Shown: positions 1 to 5,928 of the stretch, piece by piece | Position numbering within the stretch: the stretch's first letter is position 1 | Layout of the letters: the number at the start of each line of letters is the position of its first letter | Virus record (IMG/VR): IMGVR_UViG_3300041586_000126 | Coordinates: 1-64,000 of that record | Origin: a virus | Strand: one strand, 5' to 3' | Length of the DNA: 64,000 nucleotides | Notes under the pieces: model-generated | Seen by the model: the letters and a program-made list of their open reading frames with translations, nothing else | Told to the model about the DNA's origin: nothing | The model's database searches: none | Translations under genes and position numbers: made by a program

Positions 1-2
1 GT

Positions 3-140
3 ACATTAATAACTACCCTACCCCAAGGCTTAACAGTAGGAGGTGATATTTATTTAACTAATACCCCTATCTCTAAAGAATATAGTAAAGAACAAATTAA
101 AACAATGGCTCCTGGAGTTAAAGGTGAAGTTTATATGTAA
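3..140 (+). CDS. C-terminal end of a leucine-rich-repeat-like protein (partial)
   Basis: Frame reads TLITTLPQGLTVGGDIYLTNTPISKEYSKEQIKTMAPGVKGEVYM*; the ITxLPxGLxVGGxLYL unit is typical of phage LRR-like proteins. Confidence 0.65.
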   Translation, partial: TLITTLPQGLTVGGDIYLTNTPISKEYSKEQIKTMAPGVKGEVYM

Positions 141-219
141 ATACATAATGATAAAATTAATAGAAAACTTGGCGATATTACTTCTCCTTCATATATTTAT
201 AACTGTATAAAAATAACTA

Positions 220-369
220 ATGACAACTATTCAAAGCATATTTACAAATTTACGCTCCTCGATGCAGGTCCATAATATATGGACGCTGTGTGGTGATGTG
301 ATTTGTGGTTTGGTGTTTAATAGTGAATATAAGCAACCGAGAAACATTTCCGGGTTTATTATGAGTTGA
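220..369 (+). CDS. 49-aa putative leader (attenuator) peptide
   Basis: ATG220..TGA369, MTTIQSIFTNLRSSMQVHNIWTLCGDVICGLVFNSEYKQPRNISGFIMS; 3' end carries a sequence complementary to the downstream terminator. Confidence 0.55.
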   Translation: MTTIQSIFTNLRSSMQVHNIWTLCGDVICGLVFNSEYKQPRNISGFIMS

Positions 370-394
370 TAATTTAAAAACATATCATTTATAT

Positions 395-426
395 AAACCC
401 GGATCTAAAAAATTCGGGTTTTTTTG
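395..426 (+). terminator. Intrinsic terminator with an alternative antiterminator pairing
   Basis: AAACCCGGA-loop-TTCGGGTTT followed by a T run; 349-359 TCCGGGTTTAT is the exact reverse complement of 393-403. Confidence 0.8.
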
Positions 427-446
427 TTAAAGTAAGTGTAAAAAAA

Positions 447-479
447 CTAGGAGATGTGAAATATAGTTCGTATATTTAC
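447..479 (+). promoter_or_regulatory. Repeated early promoter (Bacteroidetes -33/-7 type), first of ~20 copies
   Basis: Consensus (T/C)TAGG or TTGG-N~15-TTCGTATATTTAC; copies near 447, 639, 3697, 3979, 4480, 5869, 6191, 10841, 14709, 25792, 26957, 30053, 31286, 32899, 35146, 35843, 36368, 38304, 40819, 44419; resembles the TTG / TAnnTTTG sigma-A promoter of Bacteroidetes. Confidence 0.75.
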
Positions 480-496
480 GTATTAAAATTAGAGAT

Positions 497-634
497 ATGG
501 AAAAATTTAAAGACACTAAAGTATTTAAAATGCTAGCTGAAAGATGGAAAGGTAGAGACATGGAAACATATTTTATCGAAAAAAACAAAGCCTATCATGA
601 AAAACTAAAAATTGAAGTTAAAAACTTCACATAA
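497..634 (+). CDS. Small hypothetical protein (45 aa) between two promoter repeats
   Basis: MEKFKDTKVFKMLAERWKGRDMETYFIEKNKAYHEKLKIEVKNFT*, directly downstream of an early promoter. Confidence 0.6.
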   Translation: MEKFKDTKVFKMLAERWKGRDMETYFIEKNKAYHEKLKIEVKNFT

Positions 635-684
635 AAAATTAGGAGATGTGAAATATAGTTCGTATATTTACGTTATAAGAAATT

Positions 685-708
685 AAAGTTCATTGACATA
701 TTGGATAA
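685..708 (+). promoter_or_regulatory. boxA-like antitermination element (identical copy at 4528-4551)
   Basis: AAAGTTCATTGACATATTGGATAA occurs twice, each time between an early promoter and the first tRNA of a sub-array. Confidence 0.55.
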
Positions 709-714
709 TATTAA

Positions 715-802
715 GGAAGGTGAAGCAGTGACATGGAGTCGCGACTAGTCTTGAAAACTAGGTTTCGTTAATTCGGATGGGGTTCGAGTCCTCCTCCTTC
801 CT
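715..802 (+). tRNA. tRNA-Ser(TGA)
   Basis: GGAAGG..CCTTCC acceptor, CTAGT-CT-TGA-AA-ACTAG anticodon arm, long variable arm, GGTTCGAGTCC T arm. Confidence 0.9.
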
Positions 803-889
803 CAAAAGATTCTACCCTGATCTGAAAGTTGGCCTAACGGCCCAGCTGATATGCTTGGTAGAGGACATAGGAGTCCTGCTTCTATATTT

Positions 890-961
890 TAGCCTGTGGT
901 ATAACGGTTATTACATTTGACTTTGACTCAAATAATGGGAGTTCGATTCTCTCCAGGCTAA
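890..961 (+). tRNA. tRNA-Gln(TTG)
   Basis: TAGCCTG/CAGGCTA acceptor, TTTGA-CT-TTG-AC-TCAAA, GTTCGATTC T loop. Confidence 0.9.
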
Positions 962-989
962 CAATAATCAGAATAAAAGTAGATTAATT

Positions 990-1064
990 CGGGTAGTATT
1001 CTCGGGGTGAGAAGCTCGCTTTGGAAGCGAGAGGCGGGAAGTTCGACTCTTCTCTACCCGACCA
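990..1064 (+). tRNA. tRNA-Pro(TGG)
   Basis: CGGGTAG/CTACCCG-ACCA, CTCGC-TT-TGG-AA-GCGAG. Confidence 0.9.
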
Positions 1065-1228
1065 TTAGGAATATGGTAGGCATATCATATTAAATAAAAG
1101 ATTAAGCTTAATATCATAATAAGCTCTCTTAGCCATAGAGGTAACTGCTACAACAGGTTTAAATGTAATGATATCAAATCATTTAAATGTAGGTGGGTGT
1201 TATGTCCACAAAACTTTTATTTTATTTT

Positions 1229-1300
1229 GCCCTTGTAGCAAACCGGTGTAGGCAACTGTCTTTTAAACAGTGGGGCCAGGTTCGACTCCTGGCAGGGGCA
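1229..1300 (+). tRNA. tRNA-Lys(TTT)
   Basis: GCCCTTG/CAGGGGC acceptor, CTGT-CT-TTT-AA-ACAG, GGTTCGACTCC. Confidence 0.9.
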
Positions 1301-1358
1301 CAAAAGAGACTGTTATTAATTCATAGAAGGAATCAAGTCCGAAGCTTAGAATTAAATT

Positions 1359-1431
1359 TACCTCTTTGGTGTAATGGAAGCGTATAACTTTTACATAGTT
1401 AGGGAGATGGTTCAATTCCATCTATTGGTAC
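1359..1431 (+). pseudogene. Degenerate tRNA-Val(TAC)-like gene
   Basis: TGGTGTAATGG D arm, TAACT-TT-TAC-AT-AGTTA, GATGGTTCAATTCCATC T arm; acceptor stem has 2 mismatches. Confidence 0.5.
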
Positions 1432-1550
1432 TATATTTAAAACCGCTCGGGTTCAAACATAGAAATATGTGGAGGATAATTCAGTCACCCGCACCTCGTA
1501 AGAGACAACTATAGACTGACAAGTAAGGAAAGTGGGAGCCTTACAAACAT

Positions 1551-1624
1551 GGTGTTTGTAGTTCAATGGTAGAATGTTTGACTGTGAATCAAAAGACGAA
1601 GGATCGATACCTTCCTTACACCCA
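1551..1624 (+). tRNA. tRNA-His(GTG)
   Basis: G-1 start, TTTGA-CT-GTG-AA-TCAAA, ends CACCCA. Confidence 0.85.
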
Positions 1625-1629
1625 AAAAT

Positions 1630-1709
1630 GCCCGTGTGATGAAATTGGAAAACATATCTCTTTTAAGCGGAGACGCGTAAGCTTGTAGGTTCGAGTCCTA
1701 TCACGGGTA
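1630..1709 (+). tRNA. tRNA-Leu(TAA)
   Basis: GCCCGTG/CACGGGT acceptor, TCTCT-TT-TAA-GC-GGAGA, variable arm, GGTTCGAGTCC. Confidence 0.9.
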
Positions 1710-1799
1710 CAATAAGGAAGAGCTAGAGAGTCCTAAATGATATCTAAAATCTCCTAGCAGTTTTTAAGATTGGTTTTTGCTTTAAAAAATCCTTCAAAT

Positions 1800-1872
1800 A
1801 TTCCCGTAGCATAAATGGAAATGCCCTCGAATACGAATCGAGAGATTGAGAGTTCGAATCTCTCCGGGAATT
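1800..1872 (+). tRNA. tRNA-Arg(ACG)
   Basis: ATTCCCG/CGGGAAT acceptor, CTCGA-AT-ACG-AA-TCGAG, GAGAGTTCGAATCTCTC. Confidence 0.85.
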
Positions 1873-1895
1873 CGAACATATTTCTTTCTCTTTCC

Positions 1896-1913
1896 CATAT
1901 GTATAATAAAACA
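1896..1913 (+). promoter_or_regulatory. Shared promoter-like motif of homing-endonuclease genes (CATATGTATAAT-x-AAAACA)
   Basis: Same motif at 1896, 6718, 8058 and 19951, each ~20 nt upstream of an endonuclease ATG. Confidence 0.6.
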
Positions 1914-1917
1914 TAAT

Positions 1918-2535
1918 ATGGGTAGGAAAAAAGAAAATATAGAGTTAATATTAAATGGTCAAATAAAAGAACCATATAGTATTACCTTGAAAAGGCACAT
2001 GCTCCCACATTTGGGTGATAAATGTAGTAGTTGTAATCTTAATATGTGGCAGGGAAAAATTATAACCCTTGAACTGGATCATATTGATGGTGATAGGTGG
2101 AATAATAACATAAATAACGTTAGATTATTATGTCCTAATTGTCATTCTTTAACCCCTACATGGAAAAAGAAAAAAATTAAAAAAGAAAAAATATCTGAAG
2201 AAAAATTATTAGAAATTATTAAAACCAACCCCTATCAAAGTATTAATTTTATACTTTCTAATATTATTAAAGACCATAATACTGAATTTTACTATAAGAA
2301 AATAAAAAATCTATGTAGTGTTCACAATTTACCTGTACCAAAAAGGATTACAAAACCCTTTTATAGTTATGGCAAGTTTAACACTAAAAAAGAATATTAT
2401 TTAAGCTTATTAAAAAATTCTAAAATTGATTTTAATAAAAAAACTTGGGGTATAGAAGTATCTAAATTGTTAAAAATAACCCCTCAATATGCTTTAAATT
2501 TAGTAAAAAATCATTTTAGTCATTTATTAAAGTAA
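1918..2535 (+). CDS. HNH homing endonuclease
   Basis: CSSC...LELDHIDGDRWNNNINNVRLLCPNCH motif; start moved to ATG1918 because the upstream extension overlaps tRNA-Arg. Confidence 0.85.
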   Translation: MGRKKENIELILNGQIKEPYSITLKRHMLPHLGDKCSSCNLNMWQGKIITLELDHIDGDRWNNNINNVRLLCPNCHSLTPTWKKKKIKKEKISEEKLLEIIKTNPYQSINFILSNIIKDHNTEFYYKKIKNLCSVHNLPVPKRITKPFYSYGKFNTKKEYYLSLLKNSKIDFNKKTWGIEVSKLLKITPQYALNLVKNHFSHLLK

Positions 2536-2543
2536 CCAATAAT

Positions 2544-2618
2544 ATCTTTATAGTTCAATGGATAGAACCTTCGGCCACAAACCGAAAAATGGGAGTTCGA
2601 ATCTCTCTAAAGTTACTA
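2544..2618 (+). pseudogene. Decayed tRNA-Arg(ACG)-like gene (anticodon loop now CC-ACA-AA)
   Basis: TAGTTCAATGGATAGAAC D arm and TTCGG/CCGAA stem match tRNA-Arg(ACG); U33 lost, acceptor mismatch. Confidence 0.6.
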
Positions 2619-2627
2619 GTATTAATT

Positions 2628-2827
2628 GTTGACGTTTATAGACGTTTTAATGGACGAGGGTTCGATTCCCTCCGGCTCCACTCTGGTAATTAAAAAACAA
2701 GGGGCCGCTTGGAATTGACGTTAGAAAAAGTAAATAAATTGAGATTAGTATTTATCGCAAACGGAAACTTTGCAATAGCAGCCTAGCAATAGGCTTTAAA
2801 TCCTTAAACAAGGTTTATAGATTTAAC
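2628..2827 (+). ncRNA. ssrA: Circularly permuted (two-piece) tmRNA, tag (A)ANGNFAIAA*
   Basis: 3' half (GGACGAGGGTTCGATTCCCTCCGGCTCCA, 2652-2680) precedes the 5' half (GGGGCCG..GGAATTGAC, from 2701); G3-U70 pair; tag ORF 2757-2786; 2628-2643 pairs with 2813-2827. Confidence 0.9.
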
Positions 2828-2856
2828 GTACCGCCTGAAACGTAATTCAGGCAAAT

Positions 2857-2929
2857 GGCTCTATGATGTAACTGAATAGCATAGAAATCTTCTAAATTTC
2901 TTGTATGGGTTTGAATCCCATTAGAGTCT
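2857..2929 (+). tRNA. tRNA-Arg(TCT)
   Basis: GGCTCTA/TAGAGTC acceptor, GAAAT-CT-TCT-AA-ATTTC. Confidence 0.85.
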
Positions 2930-2944
2930 CAATTAATAAATAAA

Positions 2945-3017
2945 GGGGGTGTCGTCAATTGGCAGACAACTGGATTCCAATCCCAGCATAGTGTGGGTTC
3001 AAATCCTACCACCCTCG
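2945..3017 (+). tRNA. tRNA-Trp(CCA)
   Basis: GGGGGTG/CACCCTC with G discriminator, CTGG-A-TT-CCA-AT-C-CCAG. Confidence 0.8.
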
Positions 3018-3073
3018 CAATAATAAGGTTCGATTTATTATATTTGTACCACCATTAACTTAATTATTAAATC

Positions 3074-3583
3074 ATGAAAAATCGTTATGACAAAACCTTA
3101 GTAATTGACTCTAGTTATATTGCTAGGAGTATTATCACCACAGAAAGAGCATTTGTAGTCTCATATAAGGGAAATGCAGACATAATAGAGGAATACCCAG
3201 AAACATTTGGTGTTGTAAACCCAAATCTAACAATTTTTAAACCTTCTATTATTAGAGTACACACTTATGTAAAAATGAATTTTCAAAAAGTACCTCTAAC
3301 ACGTGAAAATATATTTAAAAGAGATGGGTATTTGTGTGTATATTGTGGTCACGATAAACGCAAGGATCTAACGATAGATCACGTTATACCTCAATCTAAA
3401 GGTGGGCCTAATACATGGGATAATTTAGTATCTGCTTGTATAAAATGTAATAATGAAAAAGCAAGTCTAACATTAAAGGAATATGGAAAATCTATTCCAA
3501 AACCAAAAAGACCCCATTATCTAATGTTATTAAAAAAAACATTATTTATACCGGATGAATGGAAACTTTATTTATTAATGTAG
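3074..3583 (+). CDS. McrA-like HNH endonuclease
   Basis: RENIFKRDGYLCVYCG...TIDHVIPQSKGGPNTWDNLVSACIKCNNEK. Confidence 0.9.
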   Translation: MKNRYDKTLVIDSSYIARSIITTERAFVVSYKGNADIIEEYPETFGVVNPNLTIFKPSIIRVHTYVKMNFQKVPLTRENIFKRDGYLCVYCGHDKRKDLTIDHVIPQSKGGPNTWDNLVSACIKCNNEKASLTLKEYGKSIPKPKRPHYLMLLKKTLFIPDEWKLYLLM

Positions 3584-3589
3584 AAAATT

Positions 3590-3663
3590 GAGCAAGATGT
3601 TTATGGTTGGACAGTTAGTTTGCAAAACTAATCTTTTAGTGGGTTCGATTCCCACCTTGCTCT
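3590..3663 (+). tRNA. tRNA-Cys(GCA)
   Basis: GAGCAAG/CTTGCTC with T discriminator, TTAGT-TT-GCA-AA-ACTAA; short D arm. Confidence 0.8.
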
Positions 3664-3751
3664 CAAAAATATAAGTACAAAACAAATACAAAAAAACTAG
3701 GTTACCCGGAATATAGTTCGTATATTTACACCTAATAAAAAAATAAAAGTT

Positions 3752-3961
3752 ATGAAAGAATATAAATTTAATGAGTCTGACACAAGATCAAATATTGATA
3801 AAATAAAATCAATTTTTTTTGATTATGCAGAAGGGATTAGTTATTTAGAGATTAAATTAGAAGATTTAGATATTATTGCTAAGAGAATTGAGATAGAAGT
3901 AATGAATATACAAGATGATAATGAATTTGTTGGATTGAAAGATTTAAATAAGAAACTTTAA
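3752..3961 (+). CDS. Hypothetical early protein
   Basis: ORF behind an early promoter repeat; shares the MKEYK start with the next gene. Confidence 0.65.
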   Translation: MKEYKFNESDTRSNIDKIKSIFFDYAEGISYLEIKLEDLDIIAKRIEIEVMNIQDDNEFVGLKDLNKKL

Positions 3962-4033
3962 AATTAATATACAACAAATTAGACTACCTGAAGTATTGTT
4001 CGTATATTTACACCTAATAAAAAAATAAAAGTT

Positions 4034-4468
4034 ATGAAAGAATATAAAGTAGAAGTTACAAAAAATAGTACAGAATGGTACAACATGGAAGGTAAACGTC
4101 ATAGAGAAGATGGACCTGCTATAGAGTATAAAGGTGGAGATAAATTTTACTTCATTAATGGTAAACACCACCGAGAAGATGGACCTGCTATAGAGTATGT
4201 AAATGGAGATAAATGGTACTACATTAACGGTAAATATCACAGAGAAGATGGACCTGCTATAGAGTATGTAAATGGAAATAAATGGTACTACATTAACGGT
4301 AAACATCACAGAGAAGATGGACCTGCTGTAGAGTATTCAAGTGGAACTAAATCTTACTATATTAATGGTGAACTTTTAACTGAAAAAGAATTCAACAACA
4401 GAACCAAGCCATGTATAGATAAGGTGGTAGAGATTGACGGAGTAAAGTATAAACTATCTAAACTATAA
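4034..4468 (+). CDS. HREDGPA-repeat protein
   Basis: Four 23-aa repeats HREDGPAIEY..G.K.YYING; paralog at 29669. Confidence 0.85.
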   Translation: MKEYKVEVTKNSTEWYNMEGKRHREDGPAIEYKGGDKFYFINGKHHREDGPAIEYVNGDKWYYINGKYHREDGPAIEYVNGNKWYYINGKHHREDGPAVEYSSGTKSYYINGELLTEKEFNNRTKPCIDKVVEIDGVKYKLSKL

Positions 4469-4560
4469 TCATATAAAGACTAGGCTACCCGGAATATAGT
4501 TCGTATATTTACGGAATAGAAAATAAAAAAGTTCATTGACATATTGGATAAAATTAAATT

Positions 4561-4633
4561 GCTCATGTGGTGGAATGGTATACACGGCTGTTTTAGAAGC
4601 AGTATTTTGCAGGTTCGAATCCTGCCATGAGTA
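4561..4633 (+). tRNA. tRNA-Leu(TAG) with short variable loop
   Basis: GCTCATG/CATGAGT acceptor, TGGTGGAATGGTATACAC D arm, GCTGT-TT-TAG-AA-GCAGT. Confidence 0.85.
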
Positions 4634-4639
4634 CAAATT

Positions 4640-4937
4640 TTCTTTCAAGTCCTGACCTAACTGTGGGTTTGGTTGCAACCAAAACTACGGGACCGTAAGG
4701 GGAAAGAACTTCTAATTGTTATTAAAGTAAGTACCGGTATCTAGCTGCGGTTAATCACTGTGTTGATGGGAAAACTTGTAAGGTGTTGATGGGCCTTATA
4801 ACTACGCTAGACAATTAATACGCGTTAAAAGTTTAGATACTAGTCCGTACAGAGGTACTGGTTAGAATTAGAAGTAAAACATAAAGTTAGACGTTCGAAG
4901 GAGAACTTAAAAGGTATTCAAATCACCATTCTAACTT
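4640..4937 (+). ncRNA. Putative structured non-coding RNA(s) in the tRNA array
   Basis: Nested complementary arms: 4640-4646/4702-4708, 4708-4717/4866-4875, 4730-4735/4854-4859, 4737-4744/4833-4840, 4884-4891/4930-4937; no ORF. Confidence 0.45.
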
Positions 4938-4980
4938 AATTTATTGTGGATAAATAGTTGAAAATTTTTATCCTCAACAT

Positions 4981-5052
4981 GCTCATTTATTTTAATTGGT
5001 AGAATCCCAATCTTGTAAATTGGAGGAAAAAGTTCGAATCTTTTAATGAGCT
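4981..5052 (+). tRNA. tRNA-Thr(TGT)
   Basis: GCTCATT/AATGAGC acceptor, CCAAT-CT-TGT-AA-ATTGG. Confidence 0.85.
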
Positions 5053-5112
5053 CTAAAGTAAACACCCCCTATGGGCAGAGTGATCTTAGGGAGATCAATG
5101 TTTACTTTTAAT

Positions 5113-5185
5113 GCGAGTGTAGCTCAATTGGTAGAGTGCTATCTTTCCACGTTAGAAGTTGGGGGTTCGAACCCCCCCACTCGCT
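5113..5185 (+). tRNA. tRNA-Gly(TCC)
   Basis: GCGAGTG/CACTCGC acceptor, TAGCTCAATTGGTAGAG, TT-TCC-AC loop. Confidence 0.9.
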
Positions 5186-5303
5186 CAAAAGCCCGAAGTA
5201 CAAGGGATCGAAGATAGGTGTTGCCTCTGCTACAAGCACACTCACCTCCAAATCGTAGGTTGGTACAGTTGGTAACTCTGGGAATATTACAAAAGTTACA
5301 AAT

Positions 5304-5375
5304 GCTCCTGTCGACAACTGGCTAAGTCACTACCCTTTCACGGTAGAGTAGAGGGATCGATACCCTCCGGGAGTA
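5304..5375 (+). tRNA. tRNA-Glu(TTC)
   Basis: GCTCCTG/CGGGAGT acceptor, CTACC-CT-TTC-AC-GGTAG. Confidence 0.9.
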
Positions 5376-5380
5376 CAATT

Positions 5381-5453
5381 GGGGATATGGTGAAATTGGC
5401 TATCATAGTAGATTTGCATTCTACTGTTCCGAGTTCGAACCTCGGTTTCTCCA
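5381..5453 (+). tRNA. tRNA-Ala(TGC)
   Basis: GGGGATA acceptor with G3-U70, GTAGA-TT-TGC-AT-TCTAC. Confidence 0.85.
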
Positions 5454-5527
5454 CAATTAGGAGATATCTACCTTAGGTAGGTGTTCTGTCAAGGTTTTTA
5501 AGGTTGAACCAGTAATCAACCTTAACC

Positions 5528-5602
5528 GGTCTATTAGTGAACTGGCTATCATGCTACCCTGTCACGGTAGAGTAGAGGGATCGAAACCTTCATAGACCGC
5601 CA
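5528..5602 (+). tRNA. tRNA-Asp(GTC)
   Basis: GGTCTAT/ATAGACC-GCCA, CTACC-CT-GTC-AC-GGTAG. Confidence 0.9.
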
Positions 5603-5605
5603 AAT

Positions 5606-5676
5606 TGCGTTAAGGTGTAAAGGTTGCATGGGACTCTCATAAGGTCTACGGGGTGGTTCGAATCCACATTACGCAA
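5606..5676 (+). tRNA. tRNA-Met(CAT), possibly initiator-like
   Basis: TGCGT/ACGCA acceptor, GGACT-CT-CAT-AA-GGTCT. Confidence 0.75.
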
Positions 5677-5737
5677 CTAAATAGTTTTATAGGTCGTTCT
5701 GTCCTTGAGTTCTATTTCAAAACTCTAAAAAAGGCAA

Positions 5738-5813
5738 GGTCCCTTAGCTCAGTCTGGTAAGTAGCAACTCGCTCATAACGAGAAGGTCACAGGTTCAAAT
5801 CCTGTAGGGACCA
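5738..5813 (+). tRNA. tRNA(CAT), probably Ile2 (lysidine type)
   Basis: GGTCCCTTAGCTCAG...AGGGACCA resembles bacterial tRNA-Ile2; CTCG-CT-CAT-AA-CGAG. Confidence 0.8.
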
Positions 5814-5928
5814 CAAAAATATTTATCCAATATACTTCTAATTATTTATTATCTTTCCTTGACCCCTGCTTGGGTACCATACTTATGGTTCGTATATTCG
5901 ATTAAATAATTAAAACAAACTAAATATT

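Noticed and set aside
813-850. Hammerhead ribozyme (CTGAT...GAAA)
   Set aside because: CTGATCTGAAA lacks the CUGANGA core and stem II arrangement.
1193-1387. ORFs 1193-1387, 1754-1975, 4469-4678, 5108-5317 and 36088-36288
   Set aside because: They overlap tRNA or structured RNA genes and are spurious.
447-4512. CRISPR array suggested by recurring ~35-bp repeats
   Set aside because: Repeats are separated by whole genes, irregularly spaced and match promoter consensus; the Cas4-like nuclease is a standalone phage gene.
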